Of a stretch of 34,180 nt of DNA, positions 17,497 to 24,024 are shown piece by piece; within the stretch, counting starts at the first letter, position 1; each line of letters starts with the position of its first letter. The stretch spans positions 1 to 34,180 of the forward strand of contig CAYTMT010000002.1 in the NCBI GenBank assembly GCA_964439095.1, in the 5' to 3' direction. The notes beneath the pieces are model-generated. The model saw only the letters and a list, made by a program, of their open reading frames with translations, had not been told where the DNA came from and did no database searches. Source of the DNA: an uncultured Gammaproteobacteria bacterium. Lineage in GTDB: Bacteria; Patescibacteriota; Patescibacteriia; Magasanikbacterales; GWA2-37-8. The translations under genes were made by a program, and so were the position numbers.

Positions 17497-17835
17497 ATGT
17501 ATATTCTAGTGTCTTGGCTTTTGAACGCGGTAGCTGTTATGGTGGCCGCCTATTTAATTCCCTGGGTTCGGGTGGATAATTTTTGGGTGGCATTGGTGGT
17601 GGCTTTGGTTTTAGGAGTGGTAAATATAACACTCAAGCCAATTTTAGTTGTTCTTACGTTACCAATCAACATTCTTACCCTAGGATTATTTACCTTTGTA
17701 ATTAATGCTTTACTTATCATGCTTACCGCTGGTATTGTGCAGGGCTTTGATGTGGGTGGGTTTGGTAGTGCTTTGTTATTTAGTGTTGTTTTAGGGGTAA
17801 TTAATGGTATTTTAGGTGGCTGGAGTAAACGTTAG
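17497..17835 (+). CDS. Phage_holin_4_2 (DUF360/YvlD-like) family 4-TM membrane protein
   Basis: 112 aa. LLNAVAVMVAAYLIPWVRVDNFWVALVVALVLGVVNITLKPILVVLTLPINILTLGLFTFVINALLIMLTAGIV matches the family pattern closely. TATAAT at 17472-17477. Confidence 0.8.
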   Translation: MYILVSWLLNAVAVMVAAYLIPWVRVDNFWVALVVALVLGVVNITLKPILVVLTLPINILTLGLFTFVINALLIMLTAGIVQGFDVGGFGSALLFSVVLGVINGILGGWSKR

Positions 17836-17862
17836 GGTTTGTTTTTACTAGGGCAGCAGGTT

Positions 17863-17898
17863 ACAAAGATGCAACTAAGTTGCGTCTTTGTTGTTTTC
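17863..17898 (+). terminator. Intrinsic terminator
   Basis: 13-bp stem acaaagatgcaac/gttgcgtctttgt (one G-U pair), loop taa, then a T-rich tail. Confidence 0.75.
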
Positions 17899-17901
17899 TC
17901 A

Positions 17902-17930
17902 TTGACAAAATATTCAAATAGTGTTATAAA
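17902..17930 (+). promoter_or_regulatory. Promoter for the 17977 gene
   Basis: TTGACA 17902-17907, 17-nt spacer, TATAAA 17925-17930. Canonical SD AGGAGG at 17966-17971, 5 nt before the ATG. Confidence 0.65.
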
Positions 17931-17976
17931 AAATTTAGACTAACACGTTCTTTCCACCATCCAAGAGGAGGCTAAA

Positions 17977-18624
17977 ATGCCTGGGATTTTTTCCGCTATC
18001 GCCGGTCTGCTGTTTCTTGCTGGTTTTGTGCCGTACATTCGTGCTATTTGGCACGGTGAAACAAAACCAAATAAAGCATCATGGCTTATTTGGACGTTTC
18101 TGGATGCGGTTACTTTGGCTGGTATGTATGCCAAAGGGACCGAGAACGCGCAAATCGTCTGCGCTTTTGTCGGATCGGTGGTGGTTTTGGTGCTAGCGCT
18201 AAAGCATGGGAAGTCCGGCTGGAGTATGCTGGACAAGGCGTCTTTGATTGCCGCTATCACGGGTGTTGTGCTTTGGGCGGCATTTAGCGATCCTGACATC
18301 GGAATTGTGGCGAGCTTGGTAGTAGTAACTGTAGGCTCATTCCCCACCTTCGTTTCCGCCTGGAATGATCCGGGTGCTGAAAACAAGGCAGGGTGGACAC
18401 TGTTCTTTCTGTCCTGTGTATTTGGCGTTATGGCCATAACGGAATGGACATTGGCATCTGCTGCCCAACCCATCGCTTTTTTGTTTACTAACCTGACAAT
18501 GGTGTCTCTCATCTATTGTCGTCCTGGTTTCAACAAAGCCACTCCAACCAGTTTTGTTGGTAGAAAAAAGAGGGCACGTACCGCAAAAAGAGGAAAAGGC
18601 GTAAGCGTAAGTAGAAGTAAGTAG
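17977..18624 (+). CDS. Polytopic membrane protein with internal duplication (PQ-loop/SWEET-like, tentative) and basic tail
   Basis: 215 aa, about 6-7 TM. The repeated motif is VPYIRAIWHGETKPNKASW (residues 18-36) and FPTFVSAWNDPGAENKAGW (residues 122-140). The C-terminal tail is GRKKRARTAKRGKG. Promoter, SD and terminator support the plus strand over the antisense ORF 17940-18512. Confidence 0.65.
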   Translation: MPGIFSAIAGLLFLAGFVPYIRAIWHGETKPNKASWLIWTFLDAVTLAGMYAKGTENAQIVCAFVGSVVVLVLALKHGKSGWSMLDKASLIAAITGVVLWAAFSDPDIGIVASLVVVTVGSFPTFVSAWNDPGAENKAGWTLFFLSCVFGVMAITEWTLASAAQPIAFLFTNLTMVSLIYCRPGFNKATPTSFVGRKKRARTAKRGKGVSVSRSK

Positions 18625-18632
18625 AAAAAGTG

Positions 18633-18671
18633 TGCCGTTAGGGGTTTGCCCATAACGGCATTTGTTTTTTT
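18633..18671 (+). terminator. Intrinsic terminator
   Basis: tgccgtta 18633-18640 pairs with taacggca 18653-18660, followed by tttgtttttt. Confidence 0.75.
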
Positions 18672-18739
18672 GTTCCACAAGGAACTTTCTAGAACAACCT
18701 GTGGACAAAACTGTTAGTAAGTTGTGGGTAAAAGTTATG

Positions 18740-18763
18740 TTTGTATACACTAGTGTATACAAA
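18740..18763. repeat. Perfect 24-bp palindrome
   Basis: tttgtatacactagtgtatacaaa is its own reverse complement (checked base by base). It lies 17 nt beyond the stop of the LAGLIDADG-like gene. Confidence 0.95.
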
Positions 18764-18779
18764 TTTTAGAATTCAAGTA

Positions 18780-19211
18780 TCAGGCTGTTCCACGCGGAAC
18801 TGTAGATATTATGAGTTTTATTTTTTTATCCATGCTTTTTAAGTTAAGCACTTCTTTTTTCCATTTTTTAAATAAGTCCTTTCTTTTTCCATAGAGCCTG
18901 CCATTAAGAGTGGGAAAAAGATTCTTCTTTATTGTTTCTTTACTGCGTATAAGCAAAAGAACATAATTGCGATTGCTGTGGGTGTATCGGTATATTTTTT
19001 CTGTTAATCCTAGTTTTGTTTTTATTAGTTCGATTAGAGGTGCATCGGAGATGTGTGTTTTTATTTGGAAAACAGGTATTTTTGTCTTGTTTTGTTTTAT
19101 CCAAAGAAAAGATCCGCTGGTGGCAATAACTCCAGCGACAAAATCAAGGGAAGGTAGTTTTATTTTTTTATCCATATTTGGGGCATTATTATATGTTTCT
19201 CTGTGAAACAT
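18780..19211 (-). CDS. Free-standing single-motif LAGLIDADG-like homing-endonuclease homologue with a degenerate catalytic motif
   Basis: 143 aa (131 aa if it starts at the ATG at 19175). The motif LDFVAGVIATSGSF (19107-19148) aligns with the LAGLIDADG core G-[FL]-[IF]-[DE]-G-[DE]-G-S-F, but Ala and Ser replace the acidic residues. The downstream beta-rich region and basic C-terminus resemble the I-CreI-type layout. Very AT-rich, with 18/60 G+C counted at 18841-18900. Confidence 0.6.
   Translation of the reverse strand: MFHRETYNNAPNMDKKIKLPSLDFVAGVIATSGSFLWIKQNKTKIPVFQIKTHISDAPLIELIKTKLGLTEKIYRYTHSNRNYVLLLIRSKETIKKNLFPTLNGRLYGKRKDLFKKWKKEVLNLKSMDKKIKLIISTVPRGTA
18814..18833. repeat. 20-bp direct repeat, copy 1 (agttttatttttttatccat)
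   Basis: Identical to 19156-19175. On the coding strand both copies encode MDKKIKL, near the C-terminus and at the N-terminus of the LAGLIDADG-like ORF respectively. Confidence 0.9.
19156..19175. repeat. 20-bp direct repeat, copy 2
   Basis: Identical to 18814-18833, with a 342-bp spacing. Confidence 0.9.
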
Positions 19212-19301
19212 TATAGACTGTAAAAAAACAGACTGTCAAGCCTGTTTTTTTGTGGTAAATAAAAGCACATAGTTACCCACAGTAATTTTTGTTAAATATC
19301 C

Positions 19302-19330
19302 TTGGTGGTGATCGTAGGTTATGGTATACT
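19302..19330 (+). promoter_or_regulatory. Extended -10 promoter at the head of the surface-gene block
   Basis: TTGGTG 19302-19307, 17-nt spacer containing TG at 19322-19323, TATACT 19325-19330. Confidence 0.5.
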
Positions 19331-19363
19331 GTACTTGGATTGAGTAATAATTTTTTTGTTTGT

Positions 19364-21685
19364 ATGTTTAATAACAAACTCGTTCGGCTATTTGATATGG
19401 CGACGTATATTATTTTGTTCATTATCGCAATCACCATTCCATTGTTTGTTGATAAGCACTTGGTAAATGCGTACGTTGTTCCTAAACAATATCTGTTTGC
19501 AGGGTTAATATTAGTGGCGTTGCTTACGGTTGCGGTCAAAACAGTGTTGGCAAAACGAGTTGAGCATGTTCGTTCGGTAATAGACACGCCGATTTTTGTT
19601 GTGTTGGGACTTTCATTATTATCGAGTTTGTTGGCAATAAATACATCAGATAGTTTTTTAGGTAGAAACGATTCTTTTGGGCTTAATTTTATTTTTATTG
19701 CAGTATCGGCTCTGTATTATTTTTTGTTGGTGAATTATGTGCGCACGGTGGGGCGTTGGCAGGCAATGTTGAATGTGCTGGTTGCAGTCGGAGGGGTAAC
19801 AGCAACTTTGTTTGTACTCAAATCCTTGTTTCATTTAGACTTACTTGCCTGGATAGCCCCGGGAATTTGGAATACGGTCGAAAAAATCAATAGCCCGTTT
19901 GGTTTGTGGTTAGTGATCGTGTTTGTGCTTTCCGCAGGACAGCTTATTCGTAAGGATGTTGCTCCAGGAAAAATGCTCCTATCTTTTTTTGTCATGCTTG
20001 TGTCTCTGGTTTCGCTTGTTCAATTGAGTTTCGTTATTTTGTGGTGGCTGTTATTTGCTGGAATTTTACTTCTCCTCCTTTTGGGCGTAATGTTTATTCA
20101 TGAGTCGCGACTAGGCTGGTTGTCGGTGTTGTTTTCGGTGCTTATTCTTACAACAGTATTTATCTTTTTCGGCACACCTAAAACTTTACAGTCAGCAGTT
20201 CCAGTGGAGGTCTCTTTGGGAATTAAACCTTCTTGGAGTGTGGCTGGAAAGGTTTTGTTTTCTGGTATTAAGCCATTTTTTATTGGTAATGGATTGTCTT
20301 CATTTGGTGTTTCGTTTTCTCAATTTCGTCCAGTGGGTTTTAATGCCGACCAGCTCGCCTGGAATCTTCGTTTTAGTCAGCCGCAGAACACCTTTATTGA
20401 ACTCCTGGCTAGTGGTGGGGTAACACTCGCGCTCGCTTTTGTTTTTGTGGTATTACTTCTTCTTGGTCATGCATTCCAAATTTTGTTTAAGCTGCGTTCA
20501 GAAAATGTAATGCAAGGATTGGTTACGCGTTTGGCGGGTATTCCACCACTAGCTATTGAAATTTTTTTGGTGGTAGTAGCGTGGGTGGTAGCAACGATTG
20601 GTATGGCATTTGTGTTCTACGGACCAACGTTATGGATTATGTGGTGGTTACTTCTTGGGCTTACTGTAAGTGGGCTGGCTTTTTTGGATAACGGACTCAC
20701 TTCGGTGCGTGAGTGGGTAGTGGAGGAATCTCCGCAATACAGCTTGTCGTTTTCTTTTTTGTTAATTATTGTGATGGCAGCAGTTGTGCTGAGTGGAATT
20801 TTTGGAGCACGGTTGTATTTGGCAGAAATGGATTACGCTAAGGCGCTTCAGAGTAACGCGCAAGATGCGGAAAGGTTTTTGTTGAGCGCGTTATCTAAGC
20901 GAAGTAATTTTGATTTGTATCATGCGGCGCTCGCTCAGGCCTATCTGGTGGACGCAGTACAGGCCAGTCAAGCAGCGAAGCCTGATGTGCAAGCAATAAA
21001 CACGTTGATGGGAAATGCGGTAAACGAAGCGCGGACCGCAATGGATTTATCGCCACGGTCGGTGATGATTGCAGAGAATTTAGCTACTATGTACGAGAAC
21101 ACAGCAGCGCTTATTCCTGGAGCGCGTGATTGGGCGATAAAAACATTGGAGGAGGCACGAGTGCTTGAATCAACAAATCCAGTATTGCGTTGGCGTTTAG
21201 GTAATAATTATGCGGGGGCTGGAAAATGGGAAGATGCTATCAAAAACTATCAAGCTGCAATTGATCTTAAACAGGATTATGTGGCGGCCTATGTAAGTTT
21301 GGCTGTGGCATATCAGGCTACAAACGATTTAGATAAAGCAGTAGAAACATATCGTATTATTGCTCCGGCCGGGATAAATAATTCTGATTATCTTTTTCAG
21401 TTTGGAAAATTATTGTTTAATCGTAATAAAGGCACTGATCGTGCTGATGCTGAAAAGTTGTGGTTGGAGGCAGTGCGTATTACTCCTAATTTTTCCAACG
21501 CGTTGTATAGCCTTGGTTTGCTCAATGAAACAAAAGGAAATAACACCGAAGCTCTTCGGTATTACTACAAGGTGCGCGATTTAAATCCGGACAATAAAGA
21601 TATTATTACTAAAATTAAAGCGTTGGTGGGAGGAGACAGCGCTCCAACTCCAGCTGTTGCAAAACCAGGAGAAAAAAAACGCTAG
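19364..21685 (+). CDS. O-antigen ligase/polymerase-like (Wzy_C-type) polytopic membrane protein with C-terminal TPR repeats
   Basis: About 12 TM helices followed by a periplasmic-type loop (GNGLSSFGVSFSQFRP). The C-terminal third has TPR repeats (GKWEDAIKNYQAAIDLKQDYVAAYVSLAVAY..., ALYSLGLLNETKGNNTEALRYYYKVRDLNPDN). The ATG at 19364 is preferred because the ORF-track start at 19289 precedes the promoter. Confidence 0.8.
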   Translation: MFNNKLVRLFDMATYIILFIIAITIPLFVDKHLVNAYVVPKQYLFAGLILVALLTVAVKTVLAKRVEHVRSVIDTPIFVVLGLSLLSSLLAINTSDSFLGRNDSFGLNFIFIAVSALYYFLLVNYVRTVGRWQAMLNVLVAVGGVTATLFVLKSLFHLDLLAWIAPGIWNTVEKINSPFGLWLVIVFVLSAGQLIRKDVAPGKMLLSFFVMLVSLVSLVQLSFVILWWLLFAGILLLLLLGVMFIHESRLGWLSVLFSVLILTTVFIFFGTPKTLQSAVPVEVSLGIKPSWSVAGKVLFSGIKPFFIGNGLSSFGVSFSQFRPVGFNADQLAWNLRFSQPQNTFIELLASGGVTLALAFVFVVLLLLGHAFQILFKLRSENVMQGLVTRLAGIPPLAIEIFLVVVAWVVATIGMAFVFYGPTLWIMWWLLLGLTVSGLAFLDNGLTSVREWVVEESPQYSLSFSFLLIIVMAAVVLSGIFGARLYLAEMDYAKALQSNAQDAERFLLSALSKRSNFDLYHAALAQAYLVDAVQASQAAKPDVQAINTLMGNAVNEARTAMDLSPRSVMIAENLATMYENTAALIPGARDWAIKTLEEARVLESTNPVLRWRLGNNYAGAGKWEDAIKNYQAAIDLKQDYVAAYVSLAVAYQATNDLDKAVETYRIIAPAGINNSDYLFQFGKLLFNRNKGTDRADAEKLWLEAVRITPNFSNALYSLGLLNETKGNNTEALRYYYKVRDLNPDNKDIITKIKALVGGDSAPTPAVAKPGEKKR

Positions 21686-21701
21686 TAAATTATTTGGGTG
21701 T

Positions 21702-22328
21702 ATGAAAAAAATATGGGTGTTAGTATTGTTGGTGGTGTGTGGAATTCCGGCGGCAGTATTTGCAGCCATGTCTTCGACGAACTATACAATTTACGCGGAT
21801 AGCGTTGATACTGGTGATGTGTTTGCAGCTGGTGGTGGTTATGAGCTTTCGGGAACGGTAGGCGAATCCCCTGCTGGTTTTTCGACGAGCACCTCGTATG
21901 AGGTGCGTGCTGGATATCAAGCCATGGAGCGCGGTGAGTTGACGGTAAGTTTAGATCCAGAAACGGTATCGCTCGGTACGCTAAACACGTCAACCGTGGC
22001 TAGTGCTTCTGTGATAGCGCGGGTAACTAGCGATGCGGATACTGGTTATTCGCTCTCTGTTGGAGGGGTAAGTAACGCATTGCTTGATTCGGTGGCAGAC
22101 GGAAGTGTAAGTGCGGGTGCAGGAGAGTATGGTATGGCGGTGAGTGGGGCTGATAGTGTGGTTGGTTTGGAAGATGTGGCGGTAGTTTCCAACCAAGTCT
22201 TAGCGGCTTCATCGACAGCAGTAGTTGATAGTGCAACTGTCTTGACGTTTAAGGCTTCGATGAGTGAAGCAACTCCTCCAGGAACTTATAATCAAACAGT
22301 AGTTTTGCAAGTAGTAGCAAATTTTTAA
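21702..22328 (+). CDS. Small secreted beta-rich protein (WxL/SCPU-like surface subunit, tentative)
   Basis: 208 aa from the ATG at 21702. Signal peptide MKKIWVLVLLVVCGIPAAVFA. Duplicated SSTNY/STSTSY strand motifs. The C-terminus PPGTYNQTVVLQVVANF resembles the terminal strand of WxL and spore-coat-U-type subunits. No Trp-x-Leu motif. Confidence 0.7.
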   Translation: MKKIWVLVLLVVCGIPAAVFAAMSSTNYTIYADSVDTGDVFAAGGGYELSGTVGESPAGFSTSTSYEVRAGYQAMERGELTVSLDPETVSLGTLNTSTVASASVIARVTSDADTGYSLSVGGVSNALLDSVADGSVSAGAGEYGMAVSGADSVVGLEDVAVVSNQVLAASSTAVVDSATVLTFKASMSEATPPGTYNQTVVLQVVANF

Positions 22329-22346
22329 TTGCCACAGCAATTTGTC

Positions 22347-23252
22347 ATGTTAAAGGATAACATACAATATAGTTGGTTTTTTAGAGCTTTATTACCAGTA
22401 GCGGTATTATCTTTTTTGGTTTTGGGAGGAGTACAGCGTGTTTTGACGGCTGGTTTTGGGATTAGTCCCCCACGTGGAGTGGTTACTGTGGCACCAGGCG
22501 GGGAAACTGTTATAAGTCAAACTATTAAAAACGATTCCACAAAAACTACTCATTTTCGACTGCAAGTGATGGGTGTTGTCCGTAGTGCAACGGGCGGAAT
22601 TGTATTAGTCTCGGGGCGAGATGTAGCTGAGGCTTGGATAAAAACAGAAAAGAGCGACATGTCTATTGGTCCAGGGAAGGAAGAGAAGGTTCAATATGTT
22701 ATTGCAGTACCAAAACGAGTTTTGCCTGGCTCGCACTATGTGGGTTTGGTAGCGGAAACAGTTCCAGAGGGAGGAGTAAACGAAAGGGCGGTTGGAATTA
22801 CCACGCGCCTCGTTACTATTCTTACTGTTCAAGTTTCAGGTGTTGTGGAAGAGAAAATCTCTCTTGTGAATTGGCAACTGAATGGTGTATGGTGGAACAG
22901 TGTGCGGGCAGTACAATTACGTTTAAAAAATGAAGGAGCAATTGAAGTGCCAATTCGGATACAGTTAATGGGACGCGACTGGTTTCATCATCGACAACAA
23001 TTTACTATCCCTTTTGATCGACAAGTTTTGGTTGGCGAAGAGCGAGATGTTTTGGAAGTAATTAATGTTGCAGGAATGAAAAATACGTTTATTGGGCCGA
23101 CCGCTTTGGAGCTCGTTGTTTCGTATGGTCGTACTGCGCAAGTAATCGTCAGTGCTAGAACGGTCTGGTTTGTGCCTGGTTGGTTGGTTGGGTTAGTGGG
23201 TGCAGTGGTGGTTTTAGGAGGGGTATTTTTATGGCAGAGAAAACGTACTTAG
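22347..23252 (+). CDS. Two-domain beta-sandwich protein with C-terminal TM anchor (DUF916/DUF3324-like architecture, tentative)
   Basis: N-terminal signal or anchor, an Ig/chaperone-like pattern (ISPPRGVVTVAPGGETVISQTIKNDSTKTTHFRLQV), a second beta domain, then TM GWLVGLVGAVVVLGGVFLW and the basic stop-transfer sequence QRKRT. An alternative TTG start at 22329 abuts the upstream stop. Confidence 0.7.
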   Translation: MLKDNIQYSWFFRALLPVAVLSFLVLGGVQRVLTAGFGISPPRGVVTVAPGGETVISQTIKNDSTKTTHFRLQVMGVVRSATGGIVLVSGRDVAEAWIKTEKSDMSIGPGKEEKVQYVIAVPKRVLPGSHYVGLVAETVPEGGVNERAVGITTRLVTILTVQVSGVVEEKISLVNWQLNGVWWNSVRAVQLRLKNEGAIEVPIRIQLMGRDWFHHRQQFTIPFDRQVLVGEERDVLEVINVAGMKNTFIGPTALELVVSYGRTAQVIVSARTVWFVPGWLVGLVGAVVVLGGVFLWQRKRT

Positions 23253-23253
23253 T

Positions 23254-24018
23254 ATGCAGCGTGTTTTGTTAGTATTTTTAATCACAACAGGAACACTGAT
23301 CGGTGTTTTTTCGTGGTTGTCGGCTTCGGCAGAAACCAACTATCAAGGAGTGGTAATAAGTTTAACGGTGCCCAGCTCAACGGCGGGTGCTTATTGTGGT
23401 AATGGTGTTGTTGAAGCAGGAGAAGAATGTGATGGTGGTGGGAGTAACGGCTCATGTCCGGCAAATTGTAGCTCTACATGTGCCCCCAATTCATGTGGTG
23501 ATGGGGCAACATCGGACACAACCAGTGTTTTAATAAAAGCAAAACCAGAGAAACGTTTTTTGGGCGAGTCAGGACAACGCGACAATTTTGGCACGATCAT
23601 TCTGCTATCTTTTTTTGATCCAAATTCTTTGAGTTCTCCCCAAGAGATGGTTTTGGCTACCAATGATCAGGGAGAAGTAATAATAGACAAAAATAACTTG
23701 CCAGATTTAGCACCTTTTTCGGGGTGGTCTGCTACTGTAAAAGGACTATCACATCTGACAAAAAAAATTATCAATGTTGATGTGATTAGAAATCAAAGAA
23801 CGGTATGGGACTTTACTGCTAATAATCAAAATTTTTTATTGGCGGGTGATGTGCAAGCAAGAAAAGATGATGTGGTAGATGTTCAAGATATTTCTGCAAC
23901 GCTCACTGCATTTGGAGCGCAGAAAGATAAAAACGCTGATTTAAACAACGACGGTGTTGTTGATGTGCAAGATATTAGTATTATTCTTCCTAATTTTGGT
24001 AGCATCGGTGATAAATAA
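23254..24018 (+). CDS. Secreted protein with Cys-rich CGNG..EECD repeat and C-terminal dockerin-like tandem Ca-binding repeats
   Basis: Signal peptide. YCGNGVVEAGEECDGGGSNGSCPANCSSTCAPNSCGDG at ~23392-23505 is of the myxococcal-type cysteine-rich repeat kind. DVVDVQDISATLTAFG...DLNNDGVVDVQDISIILPNFGS at ~23845-24010 is a dockerin-type duplicated F-hand pattern. Confidence 0.75.
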   Translation: MQRVLLVFLITTGTLIGVFSWLSASAETNYQGVVISLTVPSSTAGAYCGNGVVEAGEECDGGGSNGSCPANCSSTCAPNSCGDGATSDTTSVLIKAKPEKRFLGESGQRDNFGTIILLSFFDPNSLSSPQEMVLATNDQGEVIIDKNNLPDLAPFSGWSATVKGLSHLTKKIINVDVIRNQRTVWDFTANNQNFLLAGDVQARKDDVVDVQDISATLTAFGAQKDKNADLNNDGVVDVQDISIILPNFGSIGDK

Positions 24019-24024
24019 TTTTTT

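Noticed and set aside
17940-18512. 190-aa minus-strand ORF opposite the 17977-18624 gene.
   Set aside because: The promoter, the AGGAGG SD, the terminator and regular TM helices all support the plus strand. The minus-strand product is non-hydrophobic, low-complexity and without signals.
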